Source: Candidatus Lustribacter sp. (GTDB taxonomy: Bacteria > Vulcanimicrobiota > Vulcanimicrobiia > Vulcanimicrobiales > Vulcanimicrobiaceae). Taken from it: DNA of 64,000 bases. The stretch covers positions 4,672,001 to 4,736,000 of the forward strand of contig OZ255842.1 of assembly GCA_965277805.1 (NCBI GenBank), in the 5' to 3' direction. The position numbers and the translations under genes were made by a program. Below the pieces are notes generated by a model that saw nothing but the letters and a program-made list of their open reading frames with translations, ran no database searches and was not told where the DNA came from. This document shows positions 29,458 through 40,269 of the stretch, one piece after another. Each line of letters opens with the position of its first letter. The first letter of the stretch is position 1.

Positions 29458-30656
29458 TAGGGGCCTTTCGCGCCGGAATCGATCCAGGCCCCGAGCGTGG
29501 CGCGTTCGGCGTCGGTCATGTTGGTCACGTTCCCCAGCGGCATCGCTTTGCTCGCGACCGCTTCGGTTCGGATCAGCGCGGCGTTGGCAACGATATGTTC
29601 GGGCGTGTCGAGTAAGATGCCCGCGGGCGGCGCGCTGAAACCGGCTTGGGTCGGGTGCACGGAGTGGCAGACGGCGCAGCGCTGCGCGACGATCGGCGCG
29701 ATCTGCGCGTAGCTGACGGCCGGTCCGTTGACCGCGACCGCCGGCGCGTGCGGCGCGCCGAACCACGCGATGATCGCAATGAGCACCAGCGCCGCGACCG
29801 GCAGCGCAACGACGACCTTTTTGAAGTGCGTGAGCACGTAGAAGCGGCGCACCAGCACGCCCGCGATCGAGAGCCCGGGCAGCACGAGCCATCCGTAGGG
29901 CCCGCTGTAGGTCATCGGATAGTGATTGCTGATCATGATGAACAGCACGGGCAACGTGAAGTAGGTGTTCTGCACCGAGCGCTGCTTGCCGAGGAAACCC
30001 GGCCGCGTGTCGGGCACTTCGCCGGCACGCAGTTGGCGCACGACCCTGCGCTGACCCGGGATGATGATGAAGAAGACGTTCCACACCATGATCGTGCCGA
30101 TCACGGCGCCGACGTGGATGAACGCGGCGCGCGCGCCGAAGATGTGGAAGAATCCCCAATCGAAGATCAGCAAGAAGATGCCGATCGATGTCCAGAGCGC
30201 GAACTCGTTCTGCTCGAACACGCGGCACAGCGCATCGTAGATGAACCAGCCCAGCACGATCGAGCCGATGCTGATCGCGATCGCGGCCGGCGGCGTGAGG
30301 TCCATGACGCTCTTGTCGATCAGAAACGTCGACGCGCCGGCCCAATACACGATGGCGAGCATCGCCATGCCCGAGAGCCACGTCGAGTACGCTTCCCAGT
30401 AAAACCAGTGCAGGTGGTTGCTGAGCGGCTCGCCCACCGGGCCGGTGAGGTACTTCTCGTTGTGATAGAAGCCGCCGCCGTGCACCGACCACAGCTCGCC
30501 GTCGATGCCGCGCCGCTTCTCCGCATCGCTCACCTGCCGGTTGAGGTTGTCGTCGAGCCAGACGAAGAAAAAGGACGCGCCGATCCACGCGATCCCCGCG
30601 GTGACGTGGAACCAGCGTACGAGCAGGCTCAGCCAGTCGAGCACATAGGCTTGCAT
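29457..30656 (-). CDS. puuD: membrane urate hydroxylase PuuD with C-terminal cytochrome c
   Basis: RWFHV..GIAWIG.SF.F..LD, LW.VHGGGFY, LHWF.WEAY.TWLSG, QRS..NTYFTLPVLF.MISNHY, CAVCH, MPLGN.T.MT..ER. Confidence 0.95.
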   Translation of the reverse strand: MQAYVLDWLSLLVRWFHVTAGIAWIGASFFFVWLDDNLNRQVSDAEKRRGIDGELWSVHGGGFYHNEKYLTGPVGEPLSNHLHWFYWEAYSTWLSGMAMLAIVYWAGASTFLIDKSVMDLTPPAAIAISIGSIVLGWFIYDALCRVFEQNEFALWTSIGIFLLIFDWGFFHIFGARAAFIHVGAVIGTIMVWNVFFIIIPGQRRVVRQLRAGEVPDTRPGFLGKQRSVQNTYFTLPVLFIMISNHYPMTYSGPYGWLVLPGLSIAGVLVRRFYVLTHFKKVVVALPVAALVLIAIIAWFGAPHAPAVAVNGPAVSYAQIAPIVAQRCAVCHSVHPTQAGFSAPPAGILLDTPEHIVANAALIRTEAVASKAMPLGNVTNMTDAERATLGAWIDSGAKGP

Positions 30657-31162
30657 TAGTTGACGGCGTCTTCGATGCGCAGCTTGGCGATCTTCGCGAT
30701 TTCCGCGAGGGCCGTTGCGATCTCCGCGGTTCGCTCGTTGTTACGGCGGTGCGCCAGCGCGGCGAGAATCGAGTCCTTCGTGTTCTCGCGGGCGCAGATG
30801 ACGAACGGAAAGCCGAAGCGCTCGCGATAGGCGCCGTTGTCGGCATCGAAGCGCGCGATCTCCGCCGGCGTGAGCGCAGCGAGGCCCGCCCCGGCCTGTT
30901 CGGCGGCCGATGCGGCCGTCAACCGGCCCTCGCGCGCGACGCGGCCGGCGAGATCGGGATGCGCGCGGATCAGCGCGACCTGCGCGTCTTCACCGGCAGC
31001 AGCCACGACCGCGACCATCGCGGCGTGCAGCGCAGCGCGGTCGGCAAACGGCCGCGCCGCGGCGGCAGCACGCGCGATCCAGGGTGAATCTTCGAACGCG
31101 AAACCGATTTCCGCGACGAACGCATCGCGCGGACAGGTATTGAGGTGTTGCAGCGTCGTCAT
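30656..31162 (-). CDS. uraD: OHCU decarboxylase
   Basis: FEDSPWIA, LIRAHPDLA, S..EQAGAGL, Y.ERFGFPFVI, AL.EI.KIA.LR. Start ATG 31162. Confidence 0.93.
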   Translation of the reverse strand: MTTLQHLNTCPRDAFVAEIGFAFEDSPWIARAAAAARPFADRAALHAAMVAVVAAAGEDAQVALIRAHPDLAGRVAREGRLTAASAAEQAGAGLAALTPAEIARFDADNGAYRERFGFPFVICARENTKDSILAALAHRRNNERTAEIATALAEIAKIAKLRIEDAVN

Positions 31163-31176
31163 CGAAAGGCGCTCGC

Positions 31177-32535
31177 ATGGGTACGCTCTTGATTCGCGAT
31201 GCGGCGCACGTCGAGACGTTCGACGATGCGAACCACGTGCTGCGCGACGCATCGATCTTCGTGCGCGACGGCGCGATCGAAGCGCTCGGGCCGGCCGCAG
31301 AGCTGCCGCGCGACGCGGACCGCGTGGTCGATGCGCGCGGCTGCATCGTCATTCCGGGACTCGTGAATACCCATCACCACTTCTTTCAGACGTTGACCCG
31401 CGCGGTTCCCGGCACGCAGGACGTCGAGCTGTTCGATTGGCTCGTCACGCTCTATCCGATCTGGGCGCGGTTGACGCCCGCCGCCCTGCGCAGCGCGACC
31501 GCCGTCGCCTGTGCCGAATTGCTGCTCTCGGGCTGCACGACGGCGAGCGATCACACCTATCTGTGGCCGAACGGCTGCCGCATCGATGATGAGATCGCTG
31601 TCGCGCGCGAGATCGGCCTGCGCTTCCACGCCTCGCGCGGCTCGATGTCGGTCGGACGCTCGAAGGGCGGCTTGCCGCCGGATTCCGTGGTCGAAGATGA
31701 GGCCGCGATCATCGCCGACACGCAGCGCGCGATCGCGACGCATCACGACGCCGGCCGTTTCGCCATGACGCGCATCGTCGTCGCGCCGTGTTCGCCGTTC
31801 TCCGTGTCGCCCGACTTGATGCGCGAGAGCATCGCGCTCGCGCGCAGTTGCGGCGTGCATTCGCACACGCATCTGGCCGAGACGCTCGATGAGGAACGCT
31901 TCTGTATCGAGCGGTTCGGCTGCCGGCCGGTCGAACTCGCGGAGCAGCTGGGGTGGCTCGGGGCCGACGTGTGGCACGCGCACATGGTGCATCCGTCGGC
32001 CGCGGAAGTCGGCGTGCTCGGTGCGACCCACACCGGCATCGCGCATTGTCCCACCTCGAATATGCGGCTGGGCAGCGGCGTCGCGCCGGTGCGCGCGCTG
32101 CTCGCTGCCGGCGCGCGCGTAGGTCTCGGCGTCGACGGTTCGGCGTCCAACGATAGCTCGCACCTGCTCGATGAAGTGCGTCACGCGTTGCTGCTGCAGC
32201 GCGTTGCGGGCGGAGCAAAAGCCGTCACCGCGCACGAGATGCTGCGCTTGGGAACGCGTGGCGGGGCGGAAGTCCTCGGCCGCGACGACGTGGGTTATCT
32301 CGCGCCCGGCATGGCGGCGGATCTGGCGGGCGTGCGGCTCGACACGTTGCCGATGGCCGGCGGCGCCGTGCACGATCCGCTCGCCGCGCTCGTCTTCTGC
32401 CGCCCCGCCGGCGTCGATTTCACGATCGTCAACGGCAAGCCGCTCGTCGAACACGGCGCGTTGATCGCGCTCGACGTCGAGCGTCTCGTCGCAAAGCACA
32501 ACGAACTCGCGAGAAAGCTTGTAAGCGACGGTTAA
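31177..32535 (+). CDS. 8-oxoguanine deaminase-like amidohydrolase
   Basis: PGLVNTHHHFFQTLTR, LF.WL.TLYP.W, SGCTT.SDH.Y, RGSMS.G...GGLPPD, APCSPFSV, HTHLAET, HCP.SNMRL.SG, GVDGSASND. Confidence 0.9.
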   Translation: MGTLLIRDAAHVETFDDANHVLRDASIFVRDGAIEALGPAAELPRDADRVVDARGCIVIPGLVNTHHHFFQTLTRAVPGTQDVELFDWLVTLYPIWARLTPAALRSATAVACAELLLSGCTTASDHTYLWPNGCRIDDEIAVAREIGLRFHASRGSMSVGRSKGGLPPDSVVEDEAAIIADTQRAIATHHDAGRFAMTRIVVAPCSPFSVSPDLMRESIALARSCGVHSHTHLAETLDEERFCIERFGCRPVELAEQLGWLGADVWHAHMVHPSAAEVGVLGATHTGIAHCPTSNMRLGSGVAPVRALLAAGARVGLGVDGSASNDSSHLLDEVRHALLLQRVAGGAKAVTAHEMLRLGTRGGAEVLGRDDVGYLAPGMAADLAGVRLDTLPMAGGAVHDPLAALVFCRPAGVDFTIVNGKPLVEHGALIALDVERLVAKHNELARKLVSDG

Positions 32536-32541
32536 CCGCTG

Positions 32542-32565
32542 CCCTTCGATGAGCTCAGGGTGACA
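32542..32565. repeat. palindromic REP-like repeat, degenerate short type
   Basis: Reverse complement TGTCACCCTGAGCTCATCGAAGGG resembles the 2056 element. Contains the XDH stop codon. Confidence 0.7.
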
Positions 32566-34726
32566 CGGGTTCGCGCGTCGATGCTTGCTGCGCGGTCATG
32601 GCGGCGAGAACGCGGCCGGGCGTGAACGGCATGTCGGAAACCCACGCGCCGGTAGCGTGATGGATCGCGGCCGCGACGGCGGCGCCGAAGGGGACGAGCG
32701 GCATCTCCGACATCCCGCGCGCACCGAAGGGTCCCTGCGGATCGGGCGTTTCCATAATCACGGAGTAGATTTGCGCCGGTACGTCGAGCGCGGTCGGCAA
32801 GAGATAGTTGCTGAAGTGCGGCGTTTGGATGCGGCCCTGCGCGATGCGAAAATCCTCGGTGAGCGCGTAGCCGATCGCTTGCGCGACGCAGCCTTCGATC
32901 TGCGCTTCGACCTGTTGACGGTTGATCGCGCGGCCCACGTCGTTCACGCTGACCACGTTGAGTACCGCAACTTCGCCGGTCGTGATGTCGACCTCGACCT
33001 CGACCGCTTGCGCGACGTAGCCGTACGCATAGTGCGGCGTTCCGTGACCGTTCTCGTCGAACGGCGTCGTCGGGTTGGGCTTGAACTGCACCGTCGCTGC
33101 GGGCGCGCCGCCGGTGGCGAGATTGCGCAGCGCGAGTTCGGCCGCGTCCTTCACCGCGCGTCCGCCCATCAGCGTCATGCGGGACGCCGATGCGGAGCCG
33201 GCGTTCGGCGCATCGGCGGTATCTTCGGCAATGATCGCGACCGCGTCGAGCGGCAGGTTCAGCGTTTCGGCGGCGATCTGGCGCAGGATCAAGTGCGCGC
33301 CCTGGCCGACGTCGGCAGCACCGATGCTCACGCGCGCCGCGCGCACGCCGTCGAGCACCACGAGTTCCACCGTTGCCGTCGCCTGTTCGGGAAAACCGAA
33401 CGAATAGCCGACGTTCTTGACGCCGCTGGCATAGCCGATGCCGCGGCGTTTGCGCGAGTTCACGTCGTGCGTGACCGGGGTGAGACGCAGCGCGGCTTCT
33501 TCGATGCAGCGCTCGAGCACCGGGAGGGCGCTGACGCCGGGCGGCATTACGGTGCCCGACGAGTTGAGGCTGCCTTCGCGGTAGAGATGCTTGCGGCGCA
33601 CGTCCAGCGGGTCGAGCTTCAGCGCGTGCGCGACGCGCGTCATCATCGATTCGGCCGCGAAGTGCGCTTGCGGGCCGCCGAAGCCGCGGAACGCGCCGCT
33701 CGGCACGTTGTTGGTGTAGCAGGCGTAGCCGTCGACGCTGATGTTGGGGATGTCGTAGGGCCCGTGCGCGAACGTCATCGCGCCCTTGAGCACTTCGATG
33801 CTGGTTGACGCGTAGGCGCCGCCGTCGGCGATCAAGGTCGTCTCCACCGCGGTGATCGTACCGTCGCGCTTCGCGCCCCACTTCGCCGTGATGAAGAACG
33901 GATGGCGTTTGTGATGGCCGATGATCGATTCTTCGCGGCTCCAGCGAATCGACGCCGGACGCTTGAGCACCCACGTCGCGAGCGCGACCAGGCACTGCAC
34001 CGACATGTCCTCGCGGCCGCCGAACGCGCCGCCGATCTTCGCGTACTTCACGACGACCCGATCTTCGTGCAGTTCCAGGATCTCGGCGAGTTGCTTGCGA
34101 TCTTCGTGCAGCCACTGCCCGGCGGTTTCGACGACGAGCCGTCCCGCTTTGTCGAAATACGCAATGCCCGCATCGGGCTGCAGATAGGCGTGTTCTTGCC
34201 ACTGCGTCGAGAACGTGCCTTCGACGATCACGTCGGCCTCGTCGAACGCGCGCGCGGTATCGCCGCGCCGGATCTTCTGGTGCAGCAGCACGTTGTCGCG
34301 ATCGTGGTGCACGCGCGGCGCACCGGGCTTCATCGCCTCGCGCGGATCGCTCACGATCGGCAAGTCTTCGTACTCGACGCGAACGAGCGCCGCACCGCGC
34401 GCGGCGGCAATGTCGGTTTCGGCCGCGACGAGCGCGACGCGGTCGCCGTCGTGCCGCACGGTGTCATCGCACAGCACGGGCTGGTCGGAATCGATCAGGC
34501 CGTAGCGGTTGTGCGGCACGTCCTTGGCGGTGAGCACCGCGATCACGCCCGGCACGGCCATGGCTGCCGTGGTGTCGATCGAGACGATGCGCGCGTGTCC
34601 GCGGCGCGCGAACACCGTCTTCAGGCGTACCATGTCCGCGGTGATCAGATCGGCCGGATAGTTGGCCGCGCCGGTGACTTTATCCAGCGCATCGTGACGC
34701 GGATGCGACGTGCCGATATGCGTCAC
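32555..34726 (-). CDS. xanthine dehydrogenase family molybdopterin-binding subunit
   Basis: KVTG...Y, HARI.SID, GGAFGGR, AFRGFG.PQ, G.GQG, S.ASR.T, DVG.AIN, GPFGARG.SE. GTG 34726 overlaps the upstream stop. Confidence 0.92.
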   Translation of the reverse strand: MTHIGTSHPRHDALDKVTGAANYPADLITADMVRLKTVFARRGHARIVSIDTTAAMAVPGVIAVLTAKDVPHNRYGLIDSDQPVLCDDTVRHDGDRVALVAAETDIAAARGAALVRVEYEDLPIVSDPREAMKPGAPRVHHDRDNVLLHQKIRRGDTARAFDEADVIVEGTFSTQWQEHAYLQPDAGIAYFDKAGRLVVETAGQWLHEDRKQLAEILELHEDRVVVKYAKIGGAFGGREDMSVQCLVALATWVLKRPASIRWSREESIIGHHKRHPFFITAKWGAKRDGTITAVETTLIADGGAYASTSIEVLKGAMTFAHGPYDIPNISVDGYACYTNNVPSGAFRGFGGPQAHFAAESMMTRVAHALKLDPLDVRRKHLYREGSLNSSGTVMPPGVSALPVLERCIEEAALRLTPVTHDVNSRKRRGIGYASGVKNVGYSFGFPEQATATVELVVLDGVRAARVSIGAADVGQGAHLILRQIAAETLNLPLDAVAIIAEDTADAPNAGSASASRMTLMGGRAVKDAAELALRNLATGGAPAATVQFKPNPTTPFDENGHGTPHYAYGYVAQAVEVEVDITTGEVAVLNVVSVNDVGRAINRQQVEAQIEGCVAQAIGYALTEDFRIAQGRIQTPHFSNYLLPTALDVPAQIYSVIMETPDPQGPFGARGMSEMPLVPFGAAVAAAIHHATGAWVSDMPFTPGRVLAAMTAQQASTREPVSP

Positions 34727-36144
34727 GTGCCGACCTCGATGCGCAGCGCTTCGGCGTCGACCTCGGCGGCCGATGCGATCGCGGTGAGGATCTTCGCGTA
34801 GCCGGTGCAGCGGCAGATGTTGCCGCTGATCGCGCTGCGGATGTCGGCCGTCGCCGGTTCGGGACATTCGTCGATGAGCTTCGCGCCGGCCATGATCATG
34901 CCCGGAATGCAGAAACCGCACTGCACCGCGCCGTGATCGATGAAGGCCTGTTGCACCGGATGCAGCACCGCGCCGTCGGCCAAGCCTTCGATCGTCGTGA
35001 TTGCCGCGCCGTGCGCCTGCGGGGCGGGGACGAGGCACGACATCACCGCGCGGCCGTCGAGCCACATCGTGCACGCGCCGCACTCGCCCTCGGCGCAGCC
35101 TTCTTTCGCGCCGGTGAGGCCGGCAACGTCGCGCAGCGCATCGAGCAGCGAGAGATGCTGCACGTCCTCGAGCGTGTAGTGCCGTCCGTTGATCGTGGTA
35201 TCGACGGTGCCCTCAAACGGCAGCACGGCTTGCGCGGGTGCGGGCGTTTCGAGCAGCACGGGTTCGACGGCGAGCCCGTTGGCTTCGGTGCCGTCGGCGA
35301 TTTGATCGAGCGCGCGTTCCACCAGCGCGGCGACGGTCGTGCGCCGGTAATCCGCCGTCGCGCGGATGTCGTCGATCGGCGCGATCGCCGCAGCGGCTAG
35401 TGACGCCGCGCGCATGCGCGCCGCACGATCGAGCGTGCTCCCGGCGAGCGAGGCTTCGGCTTCCGTGACGCGCACGATCGTCGGCGCGACGCAACCGAGT
35501 GCGATGCGCGCTTCGACGACGCGCGGCCCGTCGAATTCGATCACGATCGCGACGCTGATCACCGAGATCGCCTGCGCTTTGCGCAAGCCGAGTTTGAGAA
35601 AGATGCCGCGGCGCGAGGGACCGAGTTTGCGCACCGAGATCGAGTGCACCAGTTCGCCCGGCGCGAGCGCCGTTTTGCGAAAGCCCGTGCAGAACTCGGC
35701 GATGCCGAGGCTGCGCCGGCCCGCCGCGCCTGCAATTTCGACTTCGGTGTCGAGAACGAACAGCGCCGCGATCGTATCGTTGGCCGGCGACGCGGTGACG
35801 AGATTGCCGGCGATCGTGCCGCGCGCGCGAATTTGCGGCGCGCCGACTTCGGCACACGCTTGAACGAGCGGCAGCGCTTCGCGGCGGAACGTCGCCGATC
35901 CGAGCACGTCGTTGTGCGTGGTGAGCGCGCCCATGGTCAAACGATCCGCGTCTTCGGTGATGAAGCGCAGCTCGGGCTCGAGGGCCGTCAGGTCGATCAG
36001 CTTAGTTGCCTTGTTGCCCCGGCCAAGCTCAACCATAACGTCGGTGCCCCCGGCAATCAGCCGGGTATCGGCGCCCGCGCGGGCGAGTTCGGAGAGAGCG
36101 TCGGCAAGCGAGGTCGGCCGACGATAGACCTCGATCATCTCCAT
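34723..36144 (-). CDS. xanthine dehydrogenase FAD-binding + [2Fe-2S] fusion subunit (FAD domain N-terminal)
   Basis: IAGGTD, G.PQIR.RGT.AGN...ASPA.D, then [29 protein letters not shown]. Confidence 0.92.
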   Translation of the reverse strand: MEMIEVYRRPTSLADALSELARAGADTRLIAGGTDVMVELGRGNKATKLIDLTALEPELRFITEDADRLTMGALTTHNDVLGSATFRREALPLVQACAEVGAPQIRARGTIAGNLVTASPANDTIAALFVLDTEVEIAGAAGRRSLGIAEFCTGFRKTALAPGELVHSISVRKLGPSRRGIFLKLGLRKAQAISVISVAIVIEFDGPRVVEARIALGCVAPTIVRVTEAEASLAGSTLDRAARMRAASLAAAAIAPIDDIRATADYRRTTVAALVERALDQIADGTEANGLAVEPVLLETPAPAQAVLPFEGTVDTTINGRHYTLEDVQHLSLLDALRDVAGLTGAKEGCAEGECGACTMWLDGRAVMSCLVPAPQAHGAAITTIEGLADGAVLHPVQQAFIDHGAVQCGFCIPGMIMAGAKLIDECPEPATADIRSAISGNICRCTGYAKILTAIASAAEVDAEALRIEVGT

Positions 36145-36254
36145 ATGTTCGGATTTCCCAGTTTCGGCTCTTCTTTCAGATTGTCACATCTGCGTATCTC
36201 CGCACGTGACGATTGGCGCACGGCGACGGAGCGTATGCTCCCCAAAGGGTCATC

Positions 36255-36557
36255 ATGCACCTGACGGATGTCGAGCGGGACAAATTGCTGCTCAGCTATG
36301 CAGCCGACATGGCGTGGCGGCGGAAGGCGCGCGGCGTGAAGCTCAACCATCCGGAATCGATCGCGATCATCGCCTCGTTCGTGCTCGAAGGCGCGCGCGA
36401 CGGGCGCAGCGTGGCCGATCTGATGCAGGCCGGCCGGGCCGTGCTCACGCGCGAAGACGTCATGGAGGGCGTGCCCGAGATGATCGAGTCGGTCCAAGTC
36501 GAGGCGACGTTTCCGGACGGAACCAAACTGGTCACCGTCCACGAGCCGATCCTATGA
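36255..36557 (+). CDS. ureA: urease gamma subunit
   Basis: [39 protein letters not shown]. Confidence 0.97.
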   Translation: MHLTDVERDKLLLSYAADMAWRRKARGVKLNHPESIAIIASFVLEGARDGRSVADLMQAGRAVLTREDVMEGVPEMIESVQVEATFPDGTKLVTVHEPIL

Positions 36558-36829
36558 TTCCCGGTGAAATTTTCGTTCAGGCTGGCGAGGTGGAGCTGAA
36601 GCCCGGGCGCCGCCGCGTCACGCTCACGGTGAGCAACACCGGCGACCGGCCGATCCAAGTCGGATCGCACGCGCACTTCGCCGAGGTCAACAGCGGGCTC
36701 GCGTTCGATCGCGCCGCCGCGCGCAACATGCTGCTCGACATTCCGGCGGGCACGGCGGTGCGCTTCGAGCCCGGCATCGAGCGCCCCGTCGATCTGGTGG
36801 AAGCCGCGGGCGAGAAACGCTTCGCATGA
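36554..36829 (+). CDS. ureB: urease beta subunit
   Basis: [36 protein letters not shown]. Confidence 0.96.
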   Translation: MIPGEIFVQAGEVELKPGRRRVTLTVSNTGDRPIQVGSHAHFAEVNSGLAFDRAAARNMLLDIPAGTAVRFEPGIERPVDLVEAAGEKRFA

Positions 36830-38538
36830 AAATTTCGCGCGAACAGTACGCCCGGCTGTACGGGCCGACGACCGGCGACCGGATGCGCCTCGCCGACACC
36901 GGTCTGATCGTCGAGATCGAACGCGACCTCACCGGCTTCGGCGACGAACTGAGTTTCGGCGGCGGTAAAGTCATTCGCGATGCGATGGGCCAGCATCCGT
37001 CGATCTCGCGCGCCGACGGTGCGCTCGACACCGTCATCACGAACGCGATCGTCATCGACGCCGGCGGTATCTACAAAGCGGACATCGGACTGCGCGACGG
37101 GCGCATCGCCGGCATCGGCAAAGCCGGCAATCCGTACATCATGGACGGCATTACGCCCGGAATGATCGTCGGCGCTTCGACCGAAGCGATTGCGGGCGAA
37201 AGCTTGATCGTCACCGCGGGCGCGATCGACACGCACATCCATTTCATCTCGCCGCAACAGGTCACCGCCGCAATCGGCAGCGGCGTCACGACGATGATCG
37301 GCGGCGGCACGGGGCCCGCATCGGGCACGAACGCAACGACTTGCACGCCCGGCGCGTGGCATCTCGATCAGATGCTGCTGGCCACCGAGTCGCTGCCGGT
37401 GAACGTCGGATTTCTCGGCAAGGGGAATGCGACCGGACTCGCGCCGCTGCGCGAGCAGATCGACGCCGGTTGTCTCGGTCTGAAGCTGCACGAAGACTGG
37501 GGCTCGACCCCACGCGCGATCGACGCCGCCCTCACCGCGGCGGATGAAGCCGACGTGCAAGTGGCGATTCACACCGACACGCTCAACGAGATGGGTTTTC
37601 TCGAAGAGACGATTCGCGCGATCGCCGGCCGCACGATTCACACCTATCACACCGAAGGGGCGGGCGGCGGCCACGCGCCCGACATCATCCGCATCGCCGG
37701 CGAATCGTACGTGCTGCCGTCGTCGACCAATCCGACGCGGCCCTACACCGTCAACACGCTGGCCGAACACCTCGACATGCTGATGGTCTGCCATCATCTC
37801 GATCCGTCGATTCCCGAAGACGTCGCGTTCGCCGACTCGCGCATCCGCGGCGAGACCATCGCGGCCGAGGACGTGCTGCACGATCTCGGCGCGATCAGCA
37901 TGATGTCCTCGGACTCACAGGCGATGGGCCGCGTGCACGAAGTGATCATGCGCACCTGGCAGACCGCGCACAAGATGCGCGTGCAGCGCGGGCCGTTGCC
38001 GGGCGAGCGTGAGGGCAGCGACAACCTGCGCGTGAAGCGATACGTAGCGAAATACACGATCAATCCCGCCATCACCCACGGCATCGGCACGTATGCGGGC
38101 TCGGTCGAGGTGGGGAAGATCGCCGATCTCGTCGTGTGGAAGCCCGCATTCTTCGGCTTTCGGCCCGAACTCGTGATCAAGGGCGGCACGATCGCCTACG
38201 CCGCGATGGGCGATCCGTCGGCATCGATCCCGACGCCGCAGCCCGAGCGCATGCTGCCGATGTGGGGTGCGTTCGGCGCCGCGCCGGCGGCCGGCTCGTT
38301 CACATTCGTTTCGAAGCGCGGCCTCGAGTGCGGGATGTCCGAACGCGTCCGCTCGCGCCGCACGTTCTTGCCGGTGATGAATTGCCGCGCGATCGGCAAG
38401 CGGGATATGGTGCACAACGCTGCGTTACCGCACATCGAGGTCGATCCGAAGACGTACGCGGTGCGCGCCGACGGCGAACTGATGACGTGCGAACCCGCAA
38501 CGGTGCTGCCGCTCGCGCAGCGGTACGCGCTGTTCTGA
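36826..38538 (+). CDS. ureC: urease alpha subunit
   Basis: [62 protein letters not shown]. Confidence 0.98.
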   Translation: MKISREQYARLYGPTTGDRMRLADTGLIVEIERDLTGFGDELSFGGGKVIRDAMGQHPSISRADGALDTVITNAIVIDAGGIYKADIGLRDGRIAGIGKAGNPYIMDGITPGMIVGASTEAIAGESLIVTAGAIDTHIHFISPQQVTAAIGSGVTTMIGGGTGPASGTNATTCTPGAWHLDQMLLATESLPVNVGFLGKGNATGLAPLREQIDAGCLGLKLHEDWGSTPRAIDAALTAADEADVQVAIHTDTLNEMGFLEETIRAIAGRTIHTYHTEGAGGGHAPDIIRIAGESYVLPSSTNPTRPYTVNTLAEHLDMLMVCHHLDPSIPEDVAFADSRIRGETIAAEDVLHDLGAISMMSSDSQAMGRVHEVIMRTWQTAHKMRVQRGPLPGEREGSDNLRVKRYVAKYTINPAITHGIGTYAGSVEVGKIADLVVWKPAFFGFRPELVIKGGTIAYAAMGDPSASIPTPQPERMLPMWGAFGAAPAAGSFTFVSKRGLECGMSERVRSRRTFLPVMNCRAIGKRDMVHNAALPHIEVDPKTYAVRADGELMTCEPATVLPLAQRYALF

Positions 38539-38993
38539 TGTTTCGCCGCATCGACGCCGTGCTCGGCAACCTCGCCACGTTCCCCGTCGGCACGCGCACG
38601 GTGGAACGCTTGCCGGTGGCGAGCAGTGCCATGACCCGCCGGCTCATCCGGCTGCCCTCGACCATCGGCGACCTCGGCCTGATGCTCGAGGGCGAGCAGC
38701 GCCTTCGTGACGGCGACGTGCTCGTGGCGGATGCGACGCGCGTGCTCGCGATCGAGGTCGTGCCGGAAGACGTGTTGATCGCCTATCCCGATTCCATTCC
38801 GCAGGCGGTCGAGATCGCGCACGCGTTCGGCAACCGGCACATTCCGGTCATCCGGGAAGGCGACGCGATCGTGGTGAGTTATGCGGCCCCGCTCGAAGAA
38901 CTGCTCCAACGCAGCGGCGTGCGTTACGAGCGCTGCGCGCGCGTACTGGAACGGCCGTTCGTTTACGCGCACGCCCCGCACACGCACGCATGA
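38538..38993 (+). CDS. ureE: urease accessory protein UreE
   Basis: LRDGDVL, AH..GNRH.P, short His tail HAPHTHA. Position after ureC. Confidence 0.9.
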   Translation: MFRRIDAVLGNLATFPVGTRTVERLPVASSAMTRRLIRLPSTIGDLGLMLEGEQRLRDGDVLVADATRVLAIEVVPEDVLIAYPDSIPQAVEIAHAFGNRHIPVIREGDAIVVSYAAPLEELLQRSGVRYERCARVLERPFVYAHAPHTHA

Positions 38994-39661
38994 TCGATCC
39001 GCGTTTTCTGCAGTTGTGCGACAGCGCGTTTCCGAGCGGCGCCTTCTCGCAGTCGTTCGGTCTCGAGACGGCGATCGCAGAACGCGGCATCGCGGATGCG
39101 GCGGCCGTGCGCGCGTGGATCGTCGAATACCTCGAACGCGGCCTGGCGACGTGCGATGCGCGCGCGTTCGTGCTCGGCATGCGCGCCGTCGCGACCGTGG
39201 CTGAACTCGACGGAATGCTGGCGGTCTCGGTGTTTCCCGCCGACGTCCGCGCCGCGAATCGCCGCTTGGCGCGCGCGACGCTCGAAGCGTATCTCGCGAT
39301 GGGGATCGCGGACGAGGCGATCGGTGCGTACCGCGATGCGATTCTGGCCGGCGCCGCGAGCGGTCAGCACGCGCTCGCGTGCATGCTCGGCTACCGCGCG
39401 ATCGGCGCGCGCATCGAAGACGCCGTGTGCGCGTATCTCAGTTCCGCCGCGGCGGCGCTGGCGGCCGTGGCAGCGCGCGCGGTGCCGCTCGGGCAGCGCG
39501 ACGTCGGCGCGCTCTTGTGGTCGCTGCGCGCGCCGATCGCGGAGTTCACGCGCAGCGCCTGCGCGGCGGCGTCGCTCGACGATCTGACCTCGAGTGCGCT
39601 CCACTGCGAGATCGATGCAATGCGGCACGCAGCGCTCGACGCGCGGTTGTTCGCGTCGTGA
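38990..39661 (+). CDS. ureF: urease accessory protein UreF
   Basis: [25 protein letters not shown]-terminal RLFAS. Confidence 0.93.
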   Translation: MIDPRFLQLCDSAFPSGAFSQSFGLETAIAERGIADAAAVRAWIVEYLERGLATCDARAFVLGMRAVATVAELDGMLAVSVFPADVRAANRRLARATLEAYLAMGIADEAIGAYRDAILAGAASGQHALACMLGYRAIGARIEDAVCAYLSSAAAALAAVAARAVPLGQRDVGALLWSLRAPIAEFTRSACAAASLDDLTSSALHCEIDAMRHAALDARLFAS

Positions 39662-40269
39662 GCGCGGTGCGCATCGGCGTCGGTGGGCCGGTCGGCGCCG
39701 GGAAGACGGCGCTCGTCGAGCGGCTGGCGCGCGCGTTCTACCCGCGCGTCGATCTGGCTGTCGTGACCAACGACATCTACACGCGCGAGGACGCGCTGAT
39801 CCTGACGCGCAGCGGCTGTTTGCCGCCCGAACGCATCGTCGGCGTGGAAACCGGCGGTTGCCCGCACACCGCGATCCGCGAAGATGCCTCGATGAATCTC
39901 GAAGCGATCGCCGAGCTCGAAGCGCGCTTTCCGCAGCTGCGCCTGGTGATCGTCGAGAGCGGCGGCGACAACCTCGCCGCTACCTTCAGCCCCGATCTCG
40001 CCGACGTGACGATCTACGTCATCGACGTGGCCGGCGGGGACAAGATTCCGGCCAAGGGCGGACCCGGCATCACTAATGCCGATCTGCTCGTGATCAACAA
40101 GATCGACTTGGCACCGCATGTCGGCGCCGATCTCGAACGCATGCGGCGGGATGCGGGCGCCGCCCGCGGAACGCGTCCGTATCTGTTCACCGACATGCGG
40201 CACGGTACCGGACTCGATCCGTTGATGGAATTCGTCGCCCAGGCCGCGCTGCTCGACGCCGCTTCGTGA
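39658..40269 (+). CDS. ureG: urease accessory GTPase UreG
   Basis: [47 protein letters not shown]. Confidence 0.97.
   Translation: MSAVRIGVGGPVGAGKTALVERLARAFYPRVDLAVVTNDIYTREDALILTRSGCLPPERIVGVETGGCPHTAIREDASMNLEAIAELEARFPQLRLVIVESGGDNLAATFSPDLADVTIYVIDVAGGDKIPAKGGPGITNADLLVINKIDLAPHVGADLERMRRDAGAARGTRPYLFTDMRHGTGLDPLMEFVAQAALLDAAS

Noticed and set aside
29128-30846. 572-aa ORF suggesting a large HIU hydrolase fusion
   Set aside because: The upstream part is an alternative frame of puuD/uraD. The real uraH starts at 29457.
32532-34202. 556-aa Arg-rich alternative-frame ORF in XDH
   Set aside because: Off-frame reading with low-complexity Arg/Ala composition. The XDH frame is intact.
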